Below are positions 30,286 to 43,342 of a stretch of 64,000 bases of DNA, one piece after another (position 1 is the stretch's first letter; each line of letters begins with the position of its first letter). The stretch covers positions 434,001-498,000 of the forward strand of contig NOWV01000030.1 in assembly GCA_003344405.1 (NCBI GenBank), written 5' to 3'. The notes beneath the pieces were generated by a model. The model was not told where the DNA came from. It saw only the letters and a list, made by a program, of their open reading frames with translations, and searched no databases. The stretch comes from Trichoplax sp. H2 (lineage: Eukaryota). The translations under genes and the position numbers were made by a program.

Positions 30286-31846
30286 AGTTAATCGAACGAT
30301 CGGTCTATGTTTCTGTAAGTTAATATACATATGGATTCGCTATTAATATGCCATCTATGAAGCATGGTTAAAGAATAGCCCGATGATGACAAACTTTTCC
30401 AAATGCAGTTTAGATGTATGTACTACGTGTACCGGAGTATTATCATTTGATCGCCGTCAGTTTTAGAATCGATTTGATATACAAATTTTAAATGTTCTTA
30501 GTGATGTACAGTTCCGTGGAAGCAATGAAACTATTTGTATTAAACTTTTTCTTACAATTATGGCGTTGCGGTTAAACAAGTGTACTGAAATTAAATTTTA
30601 TTTGTAAAGAGTATATTTGCTTTTTATATTGTATTAAGGCCTGATTTGTACTTATTTACCGCGATCGTTATATTTACGAACTGCGAATGTTAATACTTTG
30701 CATATGGAGTTTATTGTGACGATATTTCTGTAAGTATTGTAGCCATTAAGATATGAACAACATTATTTGGAGCAGAAGTAAGTCTGCCAGCAAGGGCTAC
30801 GAATGATGCCAGATTCTTTGTACAGTTACTTCTATTTATGTATTACAAATATGGTTTATTAACTGTTATTTACAGTACGTAAATAAACGCAGATTTTTTT
30901 CAAATTAATGTTTCATGTTACTGTGTTAACATCACAAAGAATAATGTTCTGGTGCGATACATTGCTGCTGATGTTGTATAAAATATATAAGAAGTTTTAA
31001 GCTAATAGAGAAGTAATGCTATTTGTGATTTGTTTAAATGAGAGTATGCATTTGACAAGTAAAATACTGGTGCGTACGCATTGGTAATGTATTATTGCTG
31101 ATTGCTATAAACCTGCGATAGCCTTGCAATTCATGACTCAATATCATAGGTAATATTACGCAGATTATATTGATTTCGTTGGTAACCATGCGTAGGAAAA
31201 GAATGATGACACAAAGTATGCAATTTATCAGTTTCGAATAGTGATACATGTCTATAATTACGCCAGGTACTGAACATAATCATTCACATGTATTGTATTC
31301 AATTTCGAGTACATCATGGTGATGAGTTACACCTTTTGCGTTATAGAACATCTAAAATAACAGTATAGTAGTGCGCGTTAAGAAAGAGCGACGATTTAGG
31401 AAAATTTTCGGATAAAACCTGTTTAATATAAAATGCTGCAATACTTTATGCGATATTATTGACTGTGAATTGTCGTAATCTATTGTGAAGGCACTGGTCT
31501 CAACCATACTTGTACGTTAATTCTTCTTCTTCTATTCTCCGAATGCTATACTGCGAGATTGCACAATACCGTATGTAATTAATTTATTTATTTATCAACC
31601 AATTTGATTGAGCATTAGCTGAACACATTATAGTAGAACGCGTAAAGCTTGACATGTGTAATTTGAGGTTCATTAGCTAACATTTACGAGGATGTTTGTA
31701 GTCCGAGATCAATATACGTATGTATTACTTTGCTACAAGATGCGGTAAAATTACTGCACCGGTGCCTGCTGGTAAGTTAGTGCCTAAAGTCACTTCGTAG
31801 TCGCTACAAAATATCAATCAGATACTGTACTGTCGTGCTTACAGAA

Positions 31847-32243
31847 CAGTCGTGGATTACTAGAAGAAGACCAAATTTGGACTATATAATCACTTCATCG
31901 GACAGACGGACTTTTCTTACCGAACGAGGCCTTCAATATCCAAAATGCTTACTTACAGTAGTATGGATCTTCCGTGCCTGTTTTCTAAATCACTGATACT
32001 AATTTAAATAACATCGACGATCTTATATAACTTTTTCCAACCAGAACTTAGCAACGGATAATAAGATTTAACGTAATACTATTTCTTAATTCAAAAAAAT
32101 CAGCCCATTGAATTAAATCGACCGTCTGTATAGTATAAAGTACTAAAGTACTGCCATAACGAAGTGTTTGAAACGATATTTTGCTGAAATTAGTCCGAAC
32201 TGATCTGTCCGTCCAAGGGTGATTAGGTTGACTACTTGAAGGC
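31847..32243. mobile_element. MITE-like element, copy 2 (same family as 17642-18032, right TIR more decayed)
   Basis: Starts CAGTCGTGGATTACTAGAAGAAGACC. Colinear with copy 1 along its length and in the same orientation. Confidence 0.75.
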
Positions 32244-32307
32244 AAAGTCTATTTACTACGAACTCAGTACAATTGACACGTGCACACTAAGGGTCTCTAC
32301 TCTCTAG

Positions 32308-32850
32308 TGTACAGTACTGTACTGTACAGTGGATCTGGGTCTATTCGGACTATCGTACTGCACAATGAGTGCACATGCAGTACAGTACAGTATAATGTAC
32401 TGTATAGTACGGTACTGTACTGTACAGTATTCACTCATTGCTAAGTCGCAGTTTCACGTTTGTACAGTACTGTACCGGGTGATACTACTGTACTGTATGG
32501 TACTAGATAAATAGTAAAGCAGTACCGCTTAGACCTACTCACGGTTCAGTTCGGTTCCATTAAGAAATATACAGTACAGTAAGCTTCTCTGAAGCGTGGA
32601 CTACGTTTTCATAAAAATAGCAATTACAGTATAAGCCCTTGATAGACCAGTGGCAGTACGCACGGTGACGTTGCCATAAGTATACCTGTCGAAGGTTTGG
32701 TTAAAATACAGTACAGTAATACAGTAGAAAAGATTGCGTTTGACTTATTTTTAGCCTAGGGCAATTACTGTACTGTACTCTATTTCACCATGATTTCGTT
32801 CATACAGTACTGTACTGTACTGTACTGTACTGTACAGTGTACTGTACACC
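32308..32850. repeat. Clustered TACAG/TACTG pentamer arrays upstream of the Y-box gene
   Basis: Several blocks, for example 32802-32847 ATACAGTACTGTACTGTACTGTACTGTACTGTACAGTGTACTGTAC. Confidence 0.85.
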
Positions 32851-33096
32851 ACGTTATGTTATCATGTTGATGTTCTTATACAGCCAGTTATCGACTGTAA
32901 GTACGCACGCGTAGGCTCTTGCTTGCGAATGGTTGGCTGAATTTCTTACAGCCAATCGTTGTTAGATACGCTTGTCACTGATTAATCCCGTCATGCATTT
33001 CCTGCTCGCACTCATAAGAATCCTCCAAATTTATCCTTCATACAGTACAGTACTTCTGGAATAAGGAGGAACGGCGACAGCAGAGGTGAAGACCAA

Positions 33097-33138
33097 TAAC
33101 GCCGAACGCCAAACACCAAACGCCAAACGCCAAACGCC
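33097..33138 (+). repeat. Heptamer repeat (AAACGCC)x6 in the probable 5' leader of the Y-box gene
   Basis: TAACGCC GAACGCC AAACACC AAACGCC AAACGCC AAACGCC, ending 110 nt before the ATG. Confidence 0.8.
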
Positions 33139-33247
33139 ATCAAGGTGAAAGAACATCAATACAGAGCATCAGAAGGTTCAGGCCGACACGTGGCGAGGTC
33201 CGGGGAATCAGTTTTCTGGTTATAACAGAGTAAAAAATACAATTATA

Positions 33248-36200
33248 ATGGCTAATACAGCAACAGAACAGAACATCGACGCTGGTAATGGGAACGATTC
33301 CAACGAAGGCAAAGAACTTGTCGGTATGTTACATTACAATACACTATAGTACAGTACTGTGCCACGCACGGTAGCATTATAATACAGCACACTAACATCG
33401 GAGTTTGCAGAAGAATTACTATACAGTAGGATTGTGGATCAAAACTGATTACAAACTGTGTACTAATATACAGAACTGTGTTAGGAGATACGCTTGTTAA
33501 GTTAACTTTATTCATTGATACTCTGCTGTCGAATTTTAAACTTCAAAATTCGGGGTTCTTTTTATGAGTAATCTAACGACCGCGATGAATGCAAGTGACT
33601 AAATAGTATGATACTAAACTGTCACTGTATCGGTGTAACGTAGGATGCAGTTATGTATTTACTGTCCAGTACTGTACACTAGGTACTGTACTGTACATTT
33701 GATTGATTTTACTATGTTCCTTGCCGATTTGAAAGTACTGTACAGTACCGCATGGATATCTACGATTATATATTTTATTTTTAAAAAATTATGATCAAAT
33801 TACGACGATTGTCATGTCTTAAAAACATGAACTGCGATCCTTTCTTGATTATTAACATATACATAATTATATTTATGCGTTAATACACATCCACGCTATT
33901 TATATTACGGTATACTGACTAATAGCTGTTTATTAGGATGACATGTTGTACGATGCTTTCCGGAGTTGTCCAAGGCTAAATCTTATCATCGATTATAATT
34001 ATACGAGTACTGAATATATATTTATTTATATCAATCGCAGCATGCTAAGAAAAACGATAGTGTTCTTTCTTACTGGTATGCGCTAGTCCCGTATGGTCTG
34101 GACAGATACTCTACTATACTGTTCTGTACAAAATGCTTGACTAAGTCAATGAGTCCAGCAAGTTATTAAACTCATTTAAGCTACGCCAGCTACAGTACAA
34201 TAATTGCTGTAACTGCGGAGTCGCTGAGGGACTATCAAGGGCATGGATCAACTTCAAAGACGGCCAAGTTGAAACTGTATTTTAGTGCTACGGTCATTGG
34301 CTCTAATCACCGACTTCTAAAGTTCCTGCTCTAATTTGCAGTTAATATAGTAAAGATTACAATATTGTATAATAAATGATCTAATCTGTAGGTATTCAAT
34401 TTATAATGCCATCTACTACTACCTACAATCACCGACAGTATAGTTCTGTAATAAATTCATCGAGGTAATCTCGATGAATAAATCTCGCTTTATCTTCCGG
34501 TATAATATTCCATTTAGCAGGCTGTATTAGGTAGCATACCTAATTAGGTATAGGTCTCTGAAATTTTTGATACTGTTTATGTACATAGGCATGAACTACT
34601 AAATTACATGTAGTAGTTAGTCTATGACATAGTACAGCAATGTGCTACACCTTTCGAATTTTCAACCATTGACATGAATACATCAGTAGAAGTACTGTAC
34701 AGTATTCCACGGAGATGTACTAAACTTATTCCGTCGACTCCTGATGATTCGTTTATTGGTGCTTTTTGCTTAATACTTTAATACTTTTTCATATATTCTA
34801 GTATACTGTAGAAGACAAGATCAAGTGTACCGAATATATTTGTTTTTCATTTCCTCGAATAGTAAATGATAGAGTTGTGCTACATGATGATTATTCAGTA
34901 TAAACTTATGAATCTAATCCTCATGGATTGTACTAGCGGCGGCGTGAATTACCTACCATACGTTCTTGGTACACGCGGACAGGAACGATTGACAATTTTG
35001 GTATTTGTCCAAATGTCCGAATGTCCCATTACTGCACACTGCACTGTTGTGCTGTTGCGCAGTAAAATACGGCCTGGAGTGATAAAGTGGCACATGCTGT
35101 ACTGTAGTACAGTAACTGTACTATATTTGCTATATCAGTGCACTACTGCATTATAAGCACGCGGTGACGGCGCAGGCCACTAGAGTAAACTGTTTGTACT
35201 CTACTGTATGCCGTATTGCATGCTGATTCGACCTTTTATACCGAAGATTGATAGGAAGGAACTGTCATTTATACAGTAGGACTAGGTACATGTAGCTCGA
35301 TACTTCATTGTTACTACTCCATATTTACTGGCAGCAATGATCTAGTCAAAAATAATTAGTAAGAGCTTACAGAATAGAATTCTTTTTAGTCGCGGGATTG
35401 AAATTACGTAATATACTGTACCCACTTCAAATCATTTTCTTATAGAACAAGTGCATGTTATATTTTCAAATTTTCTTTATTATTGTGTGGTCGTGGACTG
35501 CTAGTCGATTGTACGATTACATTGCCAAATCAGCGGCTTCTGAGAGGAAATTCGAATTCCCTCTTAGAAGTTCCTGGCCTATTACAGTCAAGCTCAGGAT
35601 TATAATTATCGCAGATTGAGAGATGGAGAAATGATGAGAGAATTAATCCCTTTCACAATCGCTACAATTTTAATTTTGAAAATAAACGCAATCTTGTTGA
35701 ACGTATTATTCAGTACTTTAATACCGAATCTATCAGCTACTGCAATGTCTGAATTATCGAGAGATTAATAATATAATAAAAATTTTATCAAAAAGGTTTG
35801 AACGTGAACAATAAGTAATTGAAGTTTGATTACAATTGGGCGTGCATCATGAAGCGCTATGAAGTTTGAGAATCTATCGATGTATTGTAATTTATTAGTG
35901 TATATATACATACAGTATATATATATGTACCAGGCTTTATACTTGTCCACACGGTATTATTCTTGATATACTACTACGCATTCTCTTTCAATTCCATTGC
36001 CTTTCTTGAAGTATCACAATGAGTAAAAAATTCATTAATTTATGTTTCGTTAGACTTACTTTATTTTAACGATAAATTATTTTACTGATTGAAGTATGTA
36101 TTATTTTTTAAATTGACTATAGCGAACAAAGTAAGCGGCAAAGTTAAATGGTTTAACGTAAAGCGCGGATATGGATTCATACACAGGTAAAGTACTACGC

Positions 36201-37834
36201 TAATTCTTGTCATAAGTTAGATCTTATGCTTTAGAAGCATACGAGAGGTACGCTAAATATACAATATTTGACATAGATATAGTAGTCTAAGTTTGTAGTA
36301 TTTGGCAATCATTTTACCCCTACCATTTTTTATAAATTTAATTGGATTTACAAGTACAGTAATTTCTGTACGATACTACTGTTATAATGTTAAATTGTCA
36401 ATTAATTAATACATCGTGAGGATTTTGTTACAGTGTTGTAGAAGCTCATTTGAAGTATCTTGAATGTATATATCTAATTTTTATTAATATTTTCTATTGT
36501 AGAGATGATACCGGTGAAGACGTATTTGTGCACCAGGTTAAAAGCTGATACACTTACGATTTTTAGTAACTATAATATTTATATTTACTTATTCTGGTAA
36601 TTGTTATTTTTACTACATGTAAACTGTTGCTATCCTGGTATATTGTAGTACCCGCGCCAGAGCATAAGTATTAGTTATAGTTAATGCGATACTTGATTCA
36701 GTATAAGAATCGCTGCATGTTAGAGATTGTTAGTGCATACTACTTTCTTCATACGGAGTTACGTTTTTGTTCATTTTGGATAATCCCTAGTGTTTGCACA
36801 CTATTGAACGTATTTTAGTTAGGGGCGTGCGTGCCTTAGATTGATGGCGAATTTGTTAAAGTTACATAGTCATCTGGGATAAGGTTTTTTTAAGTAGTAG
36901 CATATTTGGCAAACTTAGGGTACGGACGTAAACAATGATGCGCATGGCTTTGGCTTCGAAGTTAATTAGTATGCTTATTAATTATATTAGACTGCAATAC
37001 AAGCTAATAATCCCAAAAAATATTTAAGGAGCGTTGGCGATGAAGAAGTTGTTGAATTCGATGTACTTTCTGGGCCGAAGGTATTGGTCGTTTTGTCGAT
37101 CTACGTTTAGTTATACAGATAGCTATTATATTACTTTTTACTGGTAAAAGATAAGCACTTAGGCAGGTATTTTATGATCAACGTGTCTATGTTGTTTTAG
37201 GGTCTTGAAGCTGCGAATGTAACCGGTCCAAATGGTACTGCAGTTAAGGGCTCGAAGTATGCTCGCTTCCGACGCCGTAGATTTCGTGGAGGTTACGGGC
37301 GTCGCTATACCGATGAAGAGTACGAAAATGCTGATGATGGTGGTGATATCGGACGTCCCCGCAGACGATTTCGTAGAGGTTATGGTAGAGGAGGAGAAAG
37401 ATCGCGACGAGATTATGACCAGCAGTATGAAAATGATGTTAGCGCTCAAGAAAACATTGATACGATGGATGCTGCGCCTGAGCCTTATTATAGAAGGTCG
37501 TTATTATGTTTACAAAAATTTATTTATGGTACTCAAATGTAACCACTAAGGTGTTAAGATTACTGAAAGATTTTTTCTTCACTTCAGAGGCCAAAGGGGT
37601 GGTTATGGACCCAGAGGAGGCCGTGGTAGAGGCCGTGGTAGGGGCCGAGGTCGATTCCGTGGACGTGGACGTGGTCGAGGTGGTTTTAGACCTAGACCAG
37701 TTGGCGAAGAAATCAATAATCAAAATGGTAGTGGTGGCCGAGGTAGAGGAAGGTATAGAGGTAATCCAAGACCTTCAGACGATAGGCGACGACGAAACAG
37801 AAATGATGGCCTAGGTGATGCCGAAGAAAATTAA
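33248..37834 (+). CDS. YBX1: Y-box binding protein (cold-shock domain plus alternating basic/acidic, RG-rich tail), 6 exons, 268 aa
   Basis: Exons 33248-33323, 36123-36186, 36503-36536, 36991-37080, 37201-37496, 37588-37834; GT-AG, in frame (807 nt). [74 protein letters not shown]. Likely co-ortholog of YBX1/2/3. AATAAA at 38141. Confidence 0.93.
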
Positions 37835-39442
37835 GACTTGCATGCCAATTAATACAGCTACTGCCATGACATTTCTAGTGCCTTTTCCGTCACTCATTTA
37901 CATACTGGCAGCAAGATCAGGATTTGCCTAATGTTGAAGCTAGCACCACAGCGCAAAGATAAGATTAATTTGTTTCTGCCGGTCAATCCGTAATCGACTC
38001 GGTAATAATACTGTTTTGGCATCTGTTAAGATAACTTCATAAATCATATGTACTGTAGCGTGTGACCAGTGACACCTTGTATTGCATGAAAGTGTAGGAT
38101 TAAATCAAACAATGCGTTGTGATATCATCTGCTTCAGCGTAATAAAGCTGCCATTTCTTATGTATCTCATATAGTTGTTATAGTTCATGTGTCTAGTGTT
38201 ATGATCAATATTGATAGCGGATAATAGAACAGTGGTAGATCATTAGCCTTATGGTAATCTACTTATTTGAAATACGCATATTAAATGAGTAAGGCTATAA
38301 GCGGACTGTACTGGTTTCACAGGATACAGATATAGCCATTATGACGTTAAAATACCAGTAGTTAATATTGATTATATTATTAATTAGTTAACGACTTTAT
38401 AGCTTTCATGATTGGATGATTTAACCTACCATCGCGGTAGCTACAGTGATTGCAGAACATTAAATGTTAAGGCAATCATACTGTATAGCGGGGTTTTTAT
38501 ATGCACACTTAATTAATAGTTCGTGACAGACCAGTTCAACATCGTATATATTATGTCATAATCGTATATATTAAATGTCGTTGCCAGAATCTTAAGAGAT
38601 GATCCAGATTCTAAGCTAGTTTAAGAGATGATTTCGTTCATTCATTTGCGTAGTACATACCTAACATTGAGCTGGTGCAAGTGTCATAGATCATTGCAAA
38701 GATAAAAAAAAATTGAGTACAGGACAGTCTCATAGAGTTGAAGTCTTATCTCAGTCCCCTGTTGCTTATCCGGAATATACTCTGTTGTTGAACTGTATAA
38801 TGAAATAGTCAATGAGTCCTGTGTAAACTTTGAACTCGAGCTACGGAACAGCAACTTTGCTTGAACAAGGGAGAACGATCTTAATCGTTGCACTATAAAA
38901 AGTCTGCCGATTTCTTCATCTCAGGGGCTACTAAATGAAAAAGAAAGAACTTACAGTACAGTAATTAATGATACAAAACAAGAAATAAATGAGCTTAAGC
39001 AGTTTCTGAAAAATTAACAGCGTGGTCGATGCTCTGTGCTTCACTGTAGTTTGAGCTGATTGTGACCGTAACAGCACAAGTGCACGTAGAGGTAAAAATG
39101 CCTTTTCCTTTATCTCTAACTTTAGGATCCAAAGTCGTCGAATTTTGTATGTGCCCTGCTGTTTGCAGTATACCGCCACAACTACATCTGTTTACGGTTA
39201 TTACTATGATGCAAGGTAGACCATTGTAATGAGACCGTAACAACAATAGGATGGCTAAATGATAGAGCTAATAGAAGTACAGTATTGTTACTCATAGTGT
39301 TACAATAGATTATCTTTTACTTAGTTTTAGTACAGATTACAGTAGGATAGTAATCGACAGAAGCAACTTAACTAAATTACTGTACAACGAAGTGCTTTAC
39401 CTACAACAAGTAAAACTTGGCAGAAGGTACGAATATACCATT

Positions 39443-40115
39443 GACTACTAGAAATGACGAAATTACTGATTTGCCACTGTATGCCTATAGTTTCATAATT
39501 ACTAATATGCCATTGGAAATTTCAGTAATTTACTAATATGCCATTATAGTCATGACACGATCTACGCACTCTCAGTCCATGCTTATCACCATTTTTAACC
39601 TAATTTACAGTACAGTAACTGTACTAGCCTTATTACCAAAACGTATGATCGAATTATCGAAACGAAATGACGAAGTGAAAGAAATTACCCCTGTGACGTA
39701 AATTTATACCTTTACCCTCAATTCTACAAAATATTGAATTTTGAATTCGCACCGTACAGTACAGTACTGTACTATACCGTACGGTGCAGCTAATGGCCGC
39801 ACTACGGTACAGTACCGCACTGTCCGTACTACTGTACTGTACAGTACAGTAGTGTATAGAACGATTTACTGTACTTTATACACTGTATATATACTTTAGT
39901 AACAGTACTTTGTATCATGATATACCACTACGCGTGCGCAATTGCTGAAGTTTCCAGTGGCATATTAGTAAATACGAAAATATGCTGTGGCATATAAGTA
40001 ATTTTGCCATACGAAAATATGCTGTGGCATATAAGTAATTTTGCCATACGAAAATATGCCGTGGCATATAAGTAATTTTGCCACTAGAAATATACCAATT
40101 AGTAGTCTTCCACTG
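39443..40115. mobile_element. Foldback/MITE-like element with long imperfect inverted arms built from subterminal repeats
   Basis: Left arm AATTACTAATATGCCATTGGAAATTTCAGTAATT versus reverse complement of right arm ATTTACTAATATGCCACTGGAAACTTCAGCAATT. Outer GACTACTA (39443) pairs with TAGTAGTC (40100-40107). The right end reads ...CCACTG followed by TA. Confidence 0.6.
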
Positions 40116-40392
40116 TACTGTACTATTAATAGTAACCATGGACGACTTTAGTAAAAGTAGTGCATTGTACAGTACTGTACAGACAGTACAGTACCGTACT
40201 GTATACTTGTACTGTAATGCTGTACTGTACAGTACTTTCTATTGGTTAACAACTTAACATACTGTACTGTACTGTACTGTACAGTACTGTACTGTACAGT
40301 ATAGTACACTACAGTACAGTATTTACAGTTACAGTGCACAGTACAGTACGGTAGTTGCTACACACTGTACAGGTACTGTACTGAAACTGTAT
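39755..40392. repeat. TACAG/TACTG pentamer arrays upstream of EFHD (blocks about 39755-39910 and 40112-40392)
   Basis: For example 40260-40301 TACTGTACTGTACTGTACTGTACAGTACTGTACTGTACAGTA. Ends about 300 bp before the EFHD ATG. Confidence 0.85.
39972..40082. repeat. Three near-perfect 37-bp tandem repeats
   Basis: ATACGAAAATATGCTGTGGCATATAAGTAATTTTGCC at 39972, 40009 and 40046 (one mismatch in the third), with no spacers. Confidence 0.95.
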
Positions 40393-40698
40393 TTAAATTA
40401 AATTTTCCTTTCATACTGTAATGTAAAGCATATAAGACTCATAACATTGTACTTCACTTCCTAAAAAGCTAATTTGCTACCTCTCCCTTAACGGTAAGTG
40501 CTTCGATGTGGTAGGCTTCTTATTGTGCTGCACTGCTACATCATAGTTATACAAAGTAGACACATTATTTATATCTTATCTAGTCAATCGATGAGCTATT
40601 AAATTTTAACTGTAAAACACTTTCATAATAGGGAATTTTGATCGTTTCAATTTATCGTAAGTGGTCCAATACTAAGCGTTGAAGCAAACATTAAGAAG

Positions 40699-43342
40699 AT
40701 GTGCGATTCTGAATTATCAGCTAAATTAGCTAGGCGGCAAGAAATTAATGAAGGTGTTCGCGAACCCGAAGCTTTGTCGGAGGCAAACGTTTTCAATCCA
40801 TATACTGAATTTAAAGAGTTTTCTCGCAAGCAAATCAAGGAATTTGAAGGAATGTTTGCACAGTAAGTATTTGTAAGCGTACTGTACATACAAGTATACA
40901 GCAACATCTGTGAGTTTGCTCTGTTGTTATTGTAATCTTTGTCAGCTTTGTACACACTGGACTGCACATGTTCGCGAATGAATAATACGCTTTAAAAGCA
41001 GGCTACAATACGCAATGAAAAAGACAATTAGATAATTATGTGCGTGGCAGCATAGAGTAAACTGTACCAAGACATAAAACTTGCAACAATTTTTTTTTTA
41101 TTAAACATTTATCCGGTGTTAATGCACTGTTCAGTACACTTCTGTTACTGTACGTGTACTCTGCAGTACAGCATAAGTGTGCTGTACTGCACAGTGAATG
41201 CACGGTGCACGCGGATACTTACAGTACTGTAGTCATGGAACGGCGGCGTATTTTTTGTTAGCTTTAGAATAGACTTCGATCACCTGTTGCGGGCAGTTTC
41301 GACTTGATCAGCTATATATTTTTATTTATTATCAATTAATTAACTAAATGATTACTGTAGAAGTGAAAAAATAATTTTAGTTAAGTTAGTATTTTATGAT
41401 ACGACTTCAACTATATTAAATAATGATTGGTCTAGAGAGAATTTAGTCCTTGCTGCAGTACAGTAATGAACTGATGATATCAACATAAATTTCAATCAAA
41501 CTGTAATTTGTAGTAGTTTATTCTTGGATATTATAGTAATAATTAGATGCATAGACAGTAAATGACTACCTGGGTAGTTATTAGTTAGTGAATCCCTGAA
41601 TTGCTTAAGTTAAGAATTTAAATTTTACTTTAGCCGTATAATTCTGTAGCTTTATACAGTATGTGCCGTAGTCCAATAGGTAGGTATTCGATGAATTAAA
41701 AGTAGCAGTGTGACCACACTACAGTGTACAGTACAGTACTGACCAAGGATGGACATTGGGCAATACCACGGTAGATTGAAAATTGTTAATGTATACCTTG
41801 AGTTTGTCTATTCTCGAAGCTTTTGCTATGAATTAAGAGATAGTAAACCAATCCCTGGTACTGACAGTAGTCACCAGTGGCGGATGTAAATCTCCGTTAC
41901 GCCGATGCTCAATACAGTACTTGGAATACGCGCAGAATGATTAATTAATATATCGTATTTTATGTTATATACAGTACTGTATACTGTATAATCAATGTTG
42001 ATGCATATAAAATAGTTTATACACGTCGTAAATTAAATTGATAGCTCTATGGCAATCACTGCTTTGAAATTGTTACTATTCTAATTGATAGCATTATTAT
42101 CAATGAGTTCAGTTGTCGGATCAAGTCTAACATCAATACTCAGGTCCAAGTCAAGATACTCGTTGAGCGCTGCCGTCTTGCATGCAGTGCACACTGATAA
42201 GGAAAGCAGACACTGTATAGACGAGCAACTGGTTGTTGATTATCTTCGCTTGTATTAAAGTTTTTTCGAGATTAGAAAACAATTACCTTTGGCTAATTAC
42301 TGATTGCTATAAGAATATTTAAACCCAACATTGTTGATCAATAGTATAAATCTAATAGTGAAGCAGTAATCTTTTGAAGTAGGATTATTGAGCTAAATTT
42401 TCAGACTTGAATGGTTGAAATACTATTTGACTGTTTATTAATGTAATCCCTCCAATTATCAGCCTACTGCATGCGCAGTTTTTTGATTTTTTACGTTATA
42501 GTTGATCGAATTATCACGTTATTTCTGCGGTGCGGTATATACCTGTCACATTTATTAACGTATATTGTATGGGATGTTTACATTTTGATCAACAGTAAGT
42601 ATAATTTATGTACAATATTAATCGCAAGTACTTGCATGTAAGTGAAAGATTATAATAAGAGTATTTGGTGTGCGTACGCTAATTGCAGCCAAAGAAGAAT
42701 GTTTTACCGCAATTGAAGACAAAAGTCTTAGGCCTAGATGGCTCTGTTGTTACTTCTTGTCAGTGCGTTATATCATGAACGTAATTAAGCTTAAATTATC
42801 TTGTTCGTTATCATTATGTTCAAAAATTGATAATAGACACGACATTGATAAGAATGGTTTCATTGACATGCAAGAGCTAAAGCTAATGATGGAAAAGCTT
42901 GGAAATCCACAAACCCATTCTTCGTTAAAAAATATACTGTTAACTGTGGATGAAGATAAAGACAATATGATCAATTTTAGAGAGGTACACTTGGCAGCTC
43001 TGTTTGAAACTACAACAGTTAGTGGCTCTGGCTTTATTAAAATTTGTAGTCTAATTTTCCTTTTATTTTCAGTTTCTTCTGCTATTTCGCCATGTTGCTG
43101 CTGGAGATTTAACTACAGATTCGGACGCTATGACGGCTTTAGCCAATTTAGCCGAAATAGATGTAGGCACTGCTGGAGTAAAAAATGCAAAGAGCTTTTT
43201 CGAAGCAAAAATCGATAAATTAAGCATTGGCAAGAAAAGAGAGGAAGAAATTAAGGCTGAACAGGAAGAAAAAAAGAAATCTTCAATGGAAGCTGCTGAA
43301 CGTCGTAAAAATTTTAATGAAAAGATGTCCGTGTTTAAGTAA
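40699..43342 (+). CDS. EFHD2: EF-hand domain protein of the EFHD/swiprosin family, 3 exons, 193 aa
   Basis: Exons 40699-40862, 42837-42984, 43073-43342; GT-AG, in frame (582 nt). SELSAKLARR, VFNPYTEFKEFSRKQIK, EF loops DIDKNGFIDMQE and DEDKDNMINFRE, EIDVGTAGVKNAKSFFEAK, and a C-terminal coiled coil EEEIKAEQEEKKK. Likely co-ortholog of EFHD1/2. Confidence 0.93.

Noticed and set aside
37159..37814. ORFs at 37159, 37232, 37506 and 37520
   Set aside because: They are off-frame or antisense shadows of the RG-rich YBX exons.
38684..39246. Minus-strand ORFs between YBX and EFHD
   Set aside because: No recognisable protein similarity and no coherent exon chain.
39972..40082. 37-bp repeats as a CRISPR array
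   Set aside because: The units abut directly with no spacers, no cas genes are present, and the context is eukaryotic.
42670..43218. 182-aa ORF as a standalone gene
   Set aside because: It joins intron sequence, EFHD exon 2 and an out-of-frame read of exon 3.
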